Counted from the stretch's first letter, positions 1-9,892 are shown. The stretch: 64,000 nucleotides of DNA from an uncultured Verrucomicrobiae bacterium (GCA_963769025.1 CAVYKI010000009.1:448001-512000), one strand, 5' to 3'. Translations and numbers: made by a program. The notes: generated by a model not told the origin, from the sequence alone.

Positions 1-2
1 AC

Positions 3-566
3 ATCGCGGGGCGGGGGAGATTCCCGGTCGTGCACGTCAGTCACGACGACGCGGTCGCCTACTGCAAATGGGCGCGCAAGCGCCTGCCGACCGAGGCGGA
101 GTGGGAGTGCGCCTCGCGCGGCGCGAGGATTCTCACGCGCTATCCGTGGGGCAATGATGTCCGGGGTGAGAATGGGACGTGGATGGCGAACACCTGGCAG
201 GGAGCATTTCCGGCGAAGGATGAGGCGTTGGACGGTTTCGCGGGGCTTGCGCCTGTTGCGAGATTTCCCGCGAATGGATCGGGACTGCACGACCTCGCGG
301 GCAACGTCGCCGAGTGGTGTGCGGACTGGTACCAGCACGACTATTACGCGCAGCTCCGGCCGGATCCGAATCGCGCGGCGCATCGCAACCCGCGCGGACC
401 GGAGGTGAGCACCGATCCGGCCGAGCCCGGCGTGTGGAAGCGCGTCGTGCGCGGCGGATCGTGGCTGAGCGACGCCGTCGCGTGCCGCGTCTCGGTGCGC
501 GGGCGCGAGGCCCCCGGGTTCAGCGCGGAATGGATCGGTTTCCGATGCGTGAAGGACGCCCAATGA
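3..566 (+). CDS. FGE/SUMF1-domain (formylglycine-generating enzyme family) protein, 5'-partial
   Basis: Motifs [39 protein letters not shown] and GFRC; the frame is open to the window edge. Confidence 0.9.
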   Translation: MAGRGRFPVVHVSHDDAVAYCKWARKRLPTEAEWECASRGARILTRYPWGNDVRGENGTWMANTWQGAFPAKDEALDGFAGLAPVARFPANGSGLHDLAGNVAEWCADWYQHDYYAQLRPDPNRAAHRNPRGPEVSTDPAEPGVWKRVVRGGSWLSDAVACRVSVRGREAPGFSAEWIGFRCVKDAQ

Positions 567-2296
567 GCATGAGCGAACGCGCGAAGCTCCGGTGGCAGCG
601 ATTGGCGCGCGGCCTCGTTCTGCTGGCACTTCTCGCGCTCACTTTCGTCGCGCGCTGCCACAACCGCGAAAGCGTGTTCCATCACGGCGGCGTGTACTTT
701 GTGGACGGCGACTGCTATTCGCGGATGACGCGGGCGAAGATGGTGTCGGAGGGGCAGTGGTTCATCCACCATCACGATTTCGAGAACTGGCCGCAGGGAG
801 TCACGCCGCACACGACGGCACCGATGGACTGGCTGATTGTCGGCCTCAAGTCCGTCGTGGACGTGGTTTTCAAAATTGGCGACGCGCGTATTGCACCGGA
901 GTACCGCACCCAATCACTTGATGTCGCAGGGGCGCTCATCTCGCCGCTGCTCGGCGTGCTGACTGCGGCGTGGCTTTGGTGGTGGGCCGGGAGGATGCGC
1001 GTGCCGTTCCGGGGGGCGATGGTGCTGCTATTCGCGCTGAGTCCCATCGCCGTCCACGGGACGGTGCTTGGACGGCCGGATCACCAGTCGTTGCTCATGT
1101 TCCTGCTGGCGGTCGCGCTTGGCTGCGAACTGCGGCTGATGCGTTCGGAGGATGACTCGAGGAAGCTCCGGCGCGCGTGGAGCATCGCCACGGTTTTCGC
1201 GTGGGGCATCGCGCTGTGGGTCTCGCTTTACGAGCCGCTGATGCTCCTGGTGCCGGTGAGCCTGACCCATCTCGTGATCGAGCGAAAAAAGCTCCTCGCG
1301 TCCCGGCGGGCGAAGAAGCTGATCGCGCTGGCGGGGTTCCTCGTGCTGATCTTTTTCCTCGAAGGCTGGCGCACGGAGGTGCCCGGTCCCGAACTGCGCG
1401 AGAGCTTCGCGCGCTGGTCCGCGGGCATCGGTGAACTCCGGCATCTGAATCCCACCGATGCCCTGCTCTGGGAATGGCTGGGTCTGCTCGTCGTGCTCGC
1501 GCCGGTGATGCTCTGTCTTGAAGCGCGGGAGGACCGGCGCGGGGTCGCGCTCCTCGCTGGCGTCGTGTTGCTGTTTGGCCTCACGGTCTGGCAACTGCGC
1601 TGGGGGTATTTTTTGCTGCTCGCCTATGTGATGTGCCTGCCGTGGATGCTCCGCGCTTTTCGCAGCGTCCCGATCGCGTGGGCTGCATTCGCCGTGGGGC
1701 TCGTGCCCATGGGCATGTCGTGGTCCCGCACTTTGCATCCCAAGGAAAAGATCGCACACGATCAGGCCTGGCGGCATCTGTCCCAGTCGCGGCTTCGCAC
1801 GATCGCCGCGAAGATGAGGGAGGGGCCGCGTGTTGGATTTCTCGCGCCGTGGTGGATGTCACCGCAACTCGCCTATTGGTCGGGTCAGCCGGGGGTCGCG
1901 GGGTCGAGCCACCAGAGCCTGCCGGGGACACTCGATGCAGCGCGCTTTTACCTTTCCACCGATGATGCGAAAGGCGCCGACTTGCTTCGCAAGCGACAGG
2001 TGGGATGGGTCATCGCGGATAACGCTTCGTACGATATTGCAGAGCGCGAACGATTGCTGGCCGTCACCAATTCCGAAGTCGTACTGGGTGTGCGCGCCCC
2101 GGAAGAGCCGCTGGGATACATTCTTGCCGAGCGTCCGAAGCAGGCGCCGAAGTATCTCCAGGAAGTCGGTCCCGGCGAACTCGGACTCGTGCTCGATTTT
2201 GCGCCGAAGACTGGACGCACCATCGAAAACCAAGGCATGAGAATCTATGCGACGCAGATGCATCATCTGTATCGTGTGCTACCGGACCTTCCATGA
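563..2296 (+). CDS. STT3/AglB/PglB-like GT-C membrane glycosyltransferase (577 aa)
   Basis: Many hydrophobic TM stretches; [27 protein letters not shown] and [24 protein letters not shown] fall in the order of AglB motifs; ATGA overlap with the upstream stop. Confidence 0.7.
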   Translation: MSMSERAKLRWQRLARGLVLLALLALTFVARCHNRESVFHHGGVYFVDGDCYSRMTRAKMVSEGQWFIHHHDFENWPQGVTPHTTAPMDWLIVGLKSVVDVVFKIGDARIAPEYRTQSLDVAGALISPLLGVLTAAWLWWWAGRMRVPFRGAMVLLFALSPIAVHGTVLGRPDHQSLLMFLLAVALGCELRLMRSEDDSRKLRRAWSIATVFAWGIALWVSLYEPLMLLVPVSLTHLVIERKKLLASRRAKKLIALAGFLVLIFFLEGWRTEVPGPELRESFARWSAGIGELRHLNPTDALLWEWLGLLVVLAPVMLCLEAREDRRGVALLAGVVLLFGLTVWQLRWGYFLLLAYVMCLPWMLRAFRSVPIAWAAFAVGLVPMGMSWSRTLHPKEKIAHDQAWRHLSQSRLRTIAAKMREGPRVGFLAPWWMSPQLAYWSGQPGVAGSSHQSLPGTLDAARFYLSTDDAKGADLLRKRQVGWVIADNASYDIAERERLLAVTNSEVVLGVRAPEEPLGYILAERPKQAPKYLQEVGPGELGLVLDFAPKTGRTIENQGMRIYATQMHHLYRVLPDLP

Positions 2297-3687
2297 ACTG
2301 CGATTTTCTCATCATCGGCGGAGGCAGCGCGGGTTACGCCGCGGCGCGCACCGCCGTTTCACTCGGGCTGAAGACGTGCGTCGTGGACGGCGCGGATGAG
2401 CTTGGCGGGCTCTGCATCCTGCGCGGCTGCATGCCGAGCAAGACGCTGCTCGAATCCGCCAGCCGATACTCGACGTTGCGGCGCGCAGAGGAGTTTGGCC
2501 TGCGCGCGCGTGCGCTCGAAGTGCGCGGCCCGGAGATCCTCGAGCGCAAACGGAGGCTGATCGCCGGATTTGCTGAGTATCGGCAGGAGCAGCTCACCGC
2601 CGGAAAATTCGAACTGATCCGCGGGCATGCGCGCTTCCTCGATGCGAATACGGTCGAGGTGAAGCTGCGCGAAGGCGGCATGCAGCGCATCGAGGCCAGA
2701 AGCTTCCTGCTCGCGACGGGGTCTGTCGTCAGCGAACCGCCGCTCAAGGCCCTGGATGAAATCGACTGCTGGACCACCGACGAGGCGCTCGAAAGTGCCG
2801 AAGTGCCCGGGTCCATCATCGTGCTCGGTGGCGGGGCCACGGCGGTGGAATTTGCCACTTATTACGCCGGGCTGGATCGCGACGTGACGCTCATTCAGCG
2901 CAGCAAACAGCTCCTGACCGGAACCGACGCGGATCTCGCGCAGGCGCTCGCGCACGGCCTGCGGAATCGCGGGGTCCAGGTGTTCACCGAGACGAAGCTC
3001 GTGGGCGCTGAGCGGGCGGGGGATATGAAACGCGTCTCCTTCGAGCACGATGGCAACGAGCTCGCCGTGGACGCCGCGCAAGTGTTGCAAGCGCTGGGTC
3101 GCTCGCCGAACGTGCGCGGGCTGGGCCTCGATGCCGCGGGATTGAGCCTTGCAAAAGGACGCCCTGAGATGCGGCCCACGCAGCAGACCAGCCAGCCGCT
3201 CATCTTCGCGGCGGGTGATGTGTCGGGACCGTTCGAGATCGTTCACATCGCAATCCAGCAGGGTGAAGTCGCCGCCCGGAATGCCGCCCGCATTCTGGCC
3301 GGTGGAGCGGAACCGCTGGAGGAGACCGATTACCGGCTGAAGCTGTCCGTCATTTTCTCCGATCCGGAAGTGGCAACGGTCGGCCGCAGCGAGAACGAGC
3401 TGCGCGAGGAAGGCGTCGCGTTCCGCACGGCGAGTTATCCGTTCAACGACCATGGCAAGTCGATGTGCATGGGCGAGACGGACGGTTTTGTGAAGCTGAT
3501 GGTGGCGGAGGAGGGCGGGGAGATTCTCGGTGGCGCGTGCGTCGGCCCACATGCGGCGGAACTCATCCATGAAATCGTCGTCGCGATGCGCTTCCGGGCA
3601 ACGGCGGCGCAGCTCGCGGAGACGCCGCATTATCACCCGACGCTCAGCGAAATCTGGCAGTATCCCGCGGAGGAACTTGCGGGATAA
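2293..3687 (+). CDS. Pyridine nucleotide-disulfide oxidoreductase (dihydrolipoyl dehydrogenase family)
   Basis: GGGSAG FAD motif, GGLCILRGCMPSK redox disulfide, GGGATAVE, C-terminal HPTLSE; ATGA overlap. Confidence 0.9.
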   Translation: MNCDFLIIGGGSAGYAAARTAVSLGLKTCVVDGADELGGLCILRGCMPSKTLLESASRYSTLRRAEEFGLRARALEVRGPEILERKRRLIAGFAEYRQEQLTAGKFELIRGHARFLDANTVEVKLREGGMQRIEARSFLLATGSVVSEPPLKALDEIDCWTTDEALESAEVPGSIIVLGGGATAVEFATYYAGLDRDVTLIQRSKQLLTGTDADLAQALAHGLRNRGVQVFTETKLVGAERAGDMKRVSFEHDGNELAVDAAQVLQALGRSPNVRGLGLDAAGLSLAKGRPEMRPTQQTSQPLIFAAGDVSGPFEIVHIAIQQGEVAARNAARILAGGAEPLEETDYRLKLSVIFSDPEVATVGRSENELREEGVAFRTASYPFNDHGKSMCMGETDGFVKLMVAEEGGEILGGACVGPHAAELIHEIVVAMRFRATAAQLAETPHYHPTLSEIWQYPAEELAG

Positions 3688-3729
3688 AAGGGCTGGCATA
3701 CCGTTCTGGCGCGAAGTTCGGCGGGGTGG

Positions 3730-3757
3730 TTGACACGCCCCCGCCGCGTCCCATACT
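3730..3757 (+). promoter_or_regulatory. Putative sigma70 promoter for the bactofilin genes
   Basis: TTGACA (3730-3735), 16 bp spacer, CATACT (3752-3757); intergenic, about 105 bp upstream of ATG 3862. Confidence 0.6.
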
Positions 3758-3861
3758 GCCCCTCCGGTTTCGGGCGAAAAACTGAAAATTCCGTCTGAGA
3801 ATCGGGCCGCGCCGCGACGCCGGAATGCGGGAACATCCAACCAACAACTCCAAACAAAATC

Positions 3862-4257
3862 ATGGCAGACATCACGACCAACCAGAAGAACATCCTGAGC
3901 AGCGACGTCGAAATCAAAGGCTCAATCAAGTTTCAGAACGAACTCACCGTGGACGGCAAGGTGGAGGGGGAAATCACTTCCTCGGGCGTGCTCACTGTCG
4001 GTGAGAACTCGGAGATCAAGGGCGAGATCAAGACGAAGTCCGTGACGGTTTACGGCAAGGTGCATGGGAACATCACGGTCGAAGAACGCTGCGAGCTGAA
4101 GGCCCGCGCGACGCTCTACGGTGACTTGAAAGCGACGCGGCTCGTTATCGAGGAAGGCGCGACCTTTGTCGGCAAATCCGAGGTGACTCCGAACAAGGTC
4201 GCGATGAAGCAGCCGGAGATCGTGCGGAATCCCGAGACGCGCGCAGGCGGCCGCTAA
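3862..4257 (+). CDS. Bactofilin (polymer-forming cytoskeletal protein, CcmA/DUF583)
   Basis: Beta-helix repeats: VEIKGSIKF..LTVDGKVEGEI..LTVGENSEIKGEI..VYGKVHGNI..LVIEEGATFVG. Confidence 0.92.
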   Translation: MADITTNQKNILSSDVEIKGSIKFQNELTVDGKVEGEITSSGVLTVGENSEIKGEIKTKSVTVYGKVHGNITVEERCELKARATLYGDLKATRLVIEEGATFVGKSEVTPNKVAMKQPEIVRNPETRAGGR

Positions 4258-4364
4258 CGGAAGCGCGTTCATCCCCGAGGTGGTTTTGCGCTGGTCGCGC
4301 GGGCGGTTTGCCCGTCCGCGCGGCCGGTGTTACTTTCGGGGACCAGAACGCTGGGAAACCCTCC

Positions 4365-5177
4365 GTGGCGAAAAACGCACGCAAGAACAGCGACAAGATG
4401 TCCGCCGTGTGCCCGCATTGCGGGTTCACGCAGGAGGAGTCTGTCGTGGCAAAGAGCACTTTCTGCCGGAAGTGCCAGGAGCACTATTCGCTGGAGAGGG
4501 CCCTCGCGGGGGAGCGCAGCATCGTCAAGGCGCCGTCGCTTTTTTCAAAGCTGACGCGGATGGTGGTCGGCGACCGGGAGCGGGAAGTTTGCTGCTTCAG
4601 TTGCGGCCACAAGCAGGTGCTGAGCACGGCCGCCCACAGCACGATGTGTCCGGGGTGCGCGGCCTACATGGATCTGCGCGATTTCAAGATCGAGAGCCCG
4701 TTTGGCCGCAGCGTGCAGACGGCCGGCGAGGTGCATGTCGCGACGCGCGGCGATGTGACGAGCACGCGGCTGATGTGCGGCTCGGCTTTCATCGAGGGCA
4801 GCCTGCGCGGTTGCATCGTCTGTACGGGCAGGGCGCGGGTGAAGATCAAGGGCAGGCTCACCGGCATGCTCGATTCGCAGCACATCCTTGTGGAGAAGGG
4901 GGCCGACATGGAGTTCGCGCGGCTGGTGCGGACGAAACTTTTCGAAGTGAGCGGCAAGACGCGCGCGCGGGTGCTGGCGGACAAGGTCGTCATCAACAAA
5001 GGCGGCTGGCTGGAGGGGACCGTCTATGCGCGGGCCATCTCCGTGGACAAGGGCGGCGTATTCAGCGGCGATCTGAATATCGGCCAGGAGGAATTCGACG
5101 TGCAGGAGGAGCCGATGGAAACGGACCGGCACATTGCGCGGTTCGACGACGACAACGTCGCGTTCGGTCCCGCATAG
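4365..5177 (+). CDS. Bactofilin-family protein with two N-terminal zinc-ribbon-like repeats
   Basis: CPHC..CRKC and CFSC..CPGC, then bactofilin repeats ending ISVDKGGVFSGDL; start uncertain (4308, 4365 or 4398). Confidence 0.78.
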   Translation: MAKNARKNSDKMSAVCPHCGFTQEESVVAKSTFCRKCQEHYSLERALAGERSIVKAPSLFSKLTRMVVGDREREVCCFSCGHKQVLSTAAHSTMCPGCAAYMDLRDFKIESPFGRSVQTAGEVHVATRGDVTSTRLMCGSAFIEGSLRGCIVCTGRARVKIKGRLTGMLDSQHILVEKGADMEFARLVRTKLFEVSGKTRARVLADKVVINKGGWLEGTVYARAISVDKGGVFSGDLNIGQEEFDVQEEPMETDRHIARFDDDNVAFGPA

Positions 5178-5189
5178 GGAACGCGGCGC

Positions 5190-6179
5190 CTACTTCGGCG
5201 GCGCAGGCACCGGCGGGACCGGTTTTGTGGCCGGCGGCGTGGAAGAGGGCGTCGCTGGCTCGGGGAGTGCCGGCTTTGGAGTCGCTGGCGCAGGCGTGCC
5301 GGACGTCGGCACGGGAGGCGCAGGCGCGGGAGGCGTCGCCGTTTCGGGCTTCTGAGTCGGCGGGACCGGAGTTGGCGGCGTCGTCGGCATCGGCAGCGGA
5401 GTCGTGACTCCGGCGGGAAGTCCGGGCGCGGGGGGCGTCGGAGCTGGTGTGATGCCGAGCGGGATTGCCGGCGGAGCGGGTGTCGGAGGCGGTGTGGGGC
5501 GCGGCGAACCGCCGGTCTTCCTTCCGGCGGCATTTTTGATTTCATCCAGCAAAATCCGCGCGTCTTCCGCGAAGGGATTGCCGGGGTATTTCTGTTCCAC
5601 GGACTCGAGCGCTTTTGCTGCTTCCTCGCCCCTGCCGAGCGCAATGAGCACCCGGGCCTGCCCCAGATATGCGAGCGGTGCAAAGGCACTGCTCCCGTGC
5701 GAAGCGGCAAACTGCTGGTAGGCTCCGAGGGCCTCGTCGAGTTTCCCGGCCGTTTCCAAAGAGGATGCGAGTGCATGCGAAGCGGGGACACGCAGCGGAT
5801 GCACCGGATATTTCTCCATGAATTCCTTCAGCGCCTGCGCCGCATCCGCGGACTTCCCTTCCTTGCGCAATTCTTCCGCCAGGCGGATGTACGCCGTGCC
5901 TGCCGCAGGCGTCCCCGACCAGTCTCCCGTCACCTTGCGATACTCGACTGCAGTCTTCGCAGCGGCGAGCGCCTCCTCCGAGCCGGCCTTCTTCCGGTAT
6001 TCCATGAACAGCCACACGCCCCACACGATCACCGCCAGCACCGCGGCGATGATAAGCCGGATGATGAGGCGCTGATGCAGGATCCAAAACGCCAGCAGGT
6101 CAAACTCCTGCGGCGGCTGCGGTGCCGGAGTGGAGAGAGCGGGCTTGGGCTCGTTGGAATCCGAGGCGGGTAGGGACAT
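5190..6179 (-). CDS. YfgM-like single-TM TPR protein with Pro/Thr-rich tail
   Basis: N-terminal TM (LIIAAVLAVIVWGVWLF), TPR-like helices (AYIRLAEEL, AYLGQARVL), about 100 aa P/T/A-rich C-terminus. Confidence 0.75.
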   Translation of the reverse strand: MSLPASDSNEPKPALSTPAPQPPQEFDLLAFWILHQRLIIRLIIAAVLAVIVWGVWLFMEYRKKAGSEEALAAAKTAVEYRKVTGDWSGTPAAGTAYIRLAEELRKEGKSADAAQALKEFMEKYPVHPLRVPASHALASSLETAGKLDEALGAYQQFAASHGSSAFAPLAYLGQARVLIALGRGEEAAKALESVEQKYPGNPFAEDARILLDEIKNAAGRKTGGSPRPTPPPTPAPPAIPLGITPAPTPPAPGLPAGVTTPLPMPTTPPTPVPPTQKPETATPPAPAPPVPTSGTPAPATPKPALPEPATPSSTPPATKPVPPVPAPPK

Positions 6180-6317
6180 AGGGGCGCGAAATATTCAGAC
6201 CCGTCGCCAAAGTGCAAGACCTCCCTTGTCCCGTGCCGGTTTATTCCTCGGCCCCACACGGGCGGGCGTGCCGGGGGAAAACGGAAATCTCGCGGCGAGT
6301 CGAGGCGCGCCAATGCG

Positions 6318-7310
6318 CTACTCAGGGAAGCTCGCCAGCAATTCCTCGCGGGAGGTGACGGCGGTGCCGGTCTTCGCAACGACGATGCCGCTTGCGTGAT
6401 TGGCGATCTCGGCGGCTTCGCGCGGGGTCGCTCCGCCGGCGAGGGCGGCGGTGAAGACGGCGATGGCGGTGTCGCCCGCGCCGCTGACATCGATGACCTC
6501 CTGCGCGCGCGTGGGGATGTGGTGCGGCGGCTGGCCGGGGTCGAAGAGGACCATGCCCTGTTCGCTGAGCGTGACGAGCAGGTGGTCGCAGCGCCATTTC
6601 TCCAGGAGGACGGCGCCGACTTCGAGCAGCGCGCGATCCTCAAGGACGGAGTCGGCGGGCTCGGTTTCCTTCCGGCCGGCGAAACGGAAAGCCTCGCCGC
6701 GGTTGGGCGTGACGCACGTGACGTCATGCCAGCGGATGGGGTTGGTGGGCTTGGGGTCCACGGTGACGATTTTCCCGGCGGAACGTGCGGAGGTGACGAG
6801 CGCATCGACGAGCACCTGGTCGAGCAGGCCCTTGTCGTAGTCCTCCAAGATGATCGCATCGAGCGACGGCAGCAGGCGCTCGAAATGCGCGAGCACCTGA
6901 GTGCGCTGGCCGTCGGTGAAGCCGCGGCTCCGCTCGCGGTCCACGCGCACGACCTGCTGGTTGCGGGCGATGATGCGCGTCTTGCGGATGGTCGTGTAGC
7001 TGTCGTCGAAGACGACGCCGTCGAGCGCGATGCCGCGCGTCTCGAGCAGCCCGCGAAGGAGGCCGGCGTCGTGTCCCGTGCCCGCGAGGCTGATGAGATG
7101 CACGTGCTCCACGAACTCGCGAAGGTTGCGCGCGACGTTGGCCGCGCCGCCGGCGTCGAAGGTTTCCCTCACCACGTCCACGACCGGCACCGGCGCCTCC
7201 GGCGAAATGCGGCCGACCTTTCCCCAGATGAATTCATCGAGCATCATCTCGCCCACGACGAGGATGCGGCTCGATGGATTGAGGACGGAGGCGACGCGAG
7301 CGCGGTTCAT
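6318..7310 (-). CDS. rfaE1: D-glycero-beta-D-manno-heptose-7-phosphate kinase (PfkB family, standalone HldE domain I)
   Basis: VVGEMMLDEFIWG, RISPEAPVPVV, GGAANVA, KTRI, DYDKG, TPN, DVSGAGDT. Confidence 0.9.
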   Translation of the reverse strand: MNRARVASVLNPSSRILVVGEMMLDEFIWGKVGRISPEAPVPVVDVVRETFDAGGAANVARNLREFVEHVHLISLAGTGHDAGLLRGLLETRGIALDGVVFDDSYTTIRKTRIIARNQQVVRVDRERSRGFTDGQRTQVLAHFERLLPSLDAIILEDYDKGLLDQVLVDALVTSARSAGKIVTVDPKPTNPIRWHDVTCVTPNRGEAFRFAGRKETEPADSVLEDRALLEVGAVLLEKWRCDHLLVTLSEQGMVLFDPGQPPHHIPTRAQEVIDVSGAGDTAIAVFTAALAGGATPREAAEIANHASGIVVAKTGTAVTSREELLASFPE

Positions 7311-8263
7311 TTGGCGAGGGCTTCACCCACCGCGGCGAAGAGCAGCGGCAGGTTGATTTCGTGATGGCCGACGATGTACACGCCGCGGCCGCCGAGCGCG
7401 GTGGGGCGGCGCTGGACGTTCTCCGCGGGGCGGTAGTGGCGCGTCATGTCGAAGGTGGCGGTGGTGAATTTCTCCGCCCTGTGGCCGAGGTTGCGGGCGA
7501 TGGTGAGCGCCTTGAGGAAGACTTCCGGCATGATGACCGCGCTGCCGACGTTCAGCACGACGCCGCCTTCGAGCTGCGCGCAGACGGCGGCAAAGGTCTG
7601 GAAATCGCGGTAGCTCGCCTCGCCGAGCACGGCGCCGTTCGTGGTCGGATGCTGGTGGATGATGTCCGTGCCGATGCCGATGTGGACGGTGACGGGCGCG
7701 CCGAGTTCCGCGCCGGTGGCCATGATGGAGAGGTGCCTGTTCGGAAACGCGAGGGCCGTTTCGCTCCGGAGCATGGCTTCGCCAAGGGCGCGTCCTGCGC
7801 CGAGTCCGCGCGCGACGCCGTCGGCCATCGCGGCGTTCATCATGCGGCCGGTCTCGTCCGCCATGCCGAAGCTGCCGTCATCCAGCCCGCGCTGCACGTC
7901 CTCACTCGTCTCGCCCTGGTAGCAGAGCTCGAAGTCGTGGATTGCGCCCGCGCCATTGAAAGCGACCGCGCTGACAAAGCCGCGCCGCATGGCGTCCACG
8001 ATGATGGGATTCAGTCCGACCTTGATGGCGTGCGCGCCCATCATGAGCAGCACGGGGCGTCCGCTTTTCACCGCCGCGGCGATCGCTCCGACGACGTGAC
8101 GGAGGTCCTGCACGGCGAGGAAATCCGGCAGCGAATCGAGGAACGACGTGAAGCTCGCGCCCGCGGTGTGCGGCTTGGCAAAGGCCTCGACGGCGACTTT
8201 GTTCGCGCGGTCGGCGACCGGGTAGGTGCGGATCTTGGAAAAATCGAGCGGCGGAAATTCCAT
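7307..8263 (-). CDS. Conserved hypothetical protein, deoxyhypusine-synthase-like fold
   Basis: MMGAHAIKVGL, NGAGAIHDFE, GSFGMADETG, VTVHIGIGTDIIHQHP, NVGSAVIMPEVFLKAL, GHHEI; its stop overlaps the rfaE1 start. Confidence 0.65.
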   Translation of the reverse strand: MEFPPLDFSKIRTYPVADRANKVAVEAFAKPHTAGASFTSFLDSLPDFLAVQDLRHVVGAIAAAVKSGRPVLLMMGAHAIKVGLNPIIVDAMRRGFVSAVAFNGAGAIHDFELCYQGETSEDVQRGLDDGSFGMADETGRMMNAAMADGVARGLGAGRALGEAMLRSETALAFPNRHLSIMATGAELGAPVTVHIGIGTDIIHQHPTTNGAVLGEASYRDFQTFAAVCAQLEGGVVLNVGSAVIMPEVFLKALTIARNLGHRAEKFTTATFDMTRHYRPAENVQRRPTALGGRGVYIVGHHEINLPLLFAAVGEALAK

Positions 8264-8266
8264 GGA

Positions 8267-9844
8267 CTACGATCCTGGCGCGCCGGGCGGCGGCTCCTGC
8301 TTCCACTTGTCGCTGCGAAACGGGCTGGCGGGCAGTCCGGCGCCATTCACGAGATTGAGGTCGGGGTTGTCCGCCCAGCCGTAGCGGATGGCGACGGGGT
8401 TCGGCACGTCCGGGGACGAAACGATGATGTGGTCGTGCCCGATCTCCGCCTTCGCCCAATGGAATTTCTTGTCCTCGCCCGCGAGCGCGAAGCCCTTGAT
8501 CGGCCCGCCGTCCGTCGTCTTCAGGCCCTGCGCGTGGCTCAGGTTCAGCCGGACCTTGCCATCCTCGACCTGCATGCCGCCGTAGAGCGGGCCGGAGTAT
8601 TCCACTTCGTTGAAATAGACCTGAGCGAGAGCCGAGAGCGCAAGGCGGTGCCCGACCTCCTGCTTGTTCTTCGGGTGGATGTCGTTCGCCTCGCCGACGT
8701 CGATGGCAACGGCCATGCCGGTGCGCGGGACTTCCAGCGTTCCGGTCTGCGCCTCACGGATCTGCGCCCAGTAGCTGTCCGTCGGCTGGTCGAATCGCTT
8801 TTGGAAATTGGCGAGTTGCACGAAGAGGAACGGGAAGTCCGACCCCTCCCGCGGCATGCCCTGTGCCTTCGCAAACTCATAGCGCCACGAGAGGATCATC
8901 GTCGGGAAAAGCTGGCCGTAGAGGTCCATGTTGCCGCGGTTGTTCGGTCCCGCGTTACTCTCGCCCTGATACCAGATCGCGCCGCGGATCGTGTACGAAG
9001 TGACGGGCGCAATCATCCCATTATAGAGGCCGCTTGGAGCGCCGTTCAACGAATCCGGTCCTTCGGGCGCGCGTGGCGGACGGGGGGCGGGCTTGCCTTC
9101 GGCCTTCGCCTTCTCCGCTGCCTCCTTGTGCGCGGCGAGTTGCTTTTCGTAAGCCTCCTTCGCGGCGGGATAGGCCTCCATCTTTTTCTGCCAATGCGCG
9201 CCGAATGCCTCGTTCGATTTCATCCCGCTCTCGGGGATCCACGTCTCGACCGGCGTGCCGCCCCACGATGTGTGGATGAGGCCGAATGGCTGTTTCGTTT
9301 TCTCATGGAGCTCGCGGACGAAAAAGTAGCCCACCGCGCTGAAGCGCCCCGCGTTCTCCGGAGTCGCGATCTCCCATTTGCCTGCGCAGTCATCGAGCGG
9401 CGTCTTGCTGCCTTTTTTCACCACGGTGAAGACGCGGATGTCCGGGAACTTCGCCGCGGCGATTTCCTGCTCCGCGTCCTTCGCCTTGTCCACGGTCCAC
9501 TCCATGTTCGATTGCCCGCTCGCGACCCACACCTCGCCGACTGCGACATTTTTCACGGCCAGCGTGTTTTTGCCCGCGACGGTCATCTCCTTGCCGGTGC
9601 CGGGCGTGAGAGCTTCGAGCTTCACGCTCCACTTTCCCGCTGCGTCGGCAGTGGTGCTGGCGGACTTGTCGCCGAGGGTGACGGTGACCTTTTCGCCAGG
9701 ATCGGCGGTGCCCCAGACGTTGGCTTTCGAATTTTGGAGCAGCACCATGTTGTCGCTGATGAGCGCGGGGAGTTTCACGTCGGCGGATGCCGTGAACGAG
9801 CAGCCGAGAAATGCGGCGAGGGCGGGGGCGAGTGGGAGTTTCAT
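8267..9844 (-). CDS. Sialate O-acetylesterase (SASA/SGNH) family, secreted
   Basis: Signal peptide, SDNMVL, GEVWVASGQSNME, WGGT, WYQGESN, DIHPKNK, LPASPFR. Confidence 0.92.
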   Translation of the reverse strand: MKLPLAPALAAFLGCSFTASADVKLPALISDNMVLLQNSKANVWGTADPGEKVTVTLGDKSASTTADAAGKWSVKLEALTPGTGKEMTVAGKNTLAVKNVAVGEVWVASGQSNMEWTVDKAKDAEQEIAAAKFPDIRVFTVVKKGSKTPLDDCAGKWEIATPENAGRFSAVGYFFVRELHEKTKQPFGLIHTSWGGTPVETWIPESGMKSNEAFGAHWQKKMEAYPAAKEAYEKQLAAHKEAAEKAKAEGKPAPRPPRAPEGPDSLNGAPSGLYNGMIAPVTSYTIRGAIWYQGESNAGPNNRGNMDLYGQLFPTMILSWRYEFAKAQGMPREGSDFPFLFVQLANFQKRFDQPTDSYWAQIREAQTGTLEVPRTGMAVAIDVGEANDIHPKNKQEVGHRLALSALAQVYFNEVEYSGPLYGGMQVEDGKVRLNLSHAQGLKTTDGGPIKGFALAGEDKKFHWAKAEIGHDHIIVSSPDVPNPVAIRYGWADNPDLNLVNGAGLPASPFRSDKWKQEPPPGAPGS

Positions 9845-9892
9845 GGGAAAGGGCGCGCAGCTTGGCGGAGACGCGGGCGTGCGGCAAGCCTG

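Noticed and set aside
2293..3687. Mercuric reductase MerA
   Set aside because: No C-terminal Cys-Cys pair, no N-terminal metal-binding domain and no mer genes
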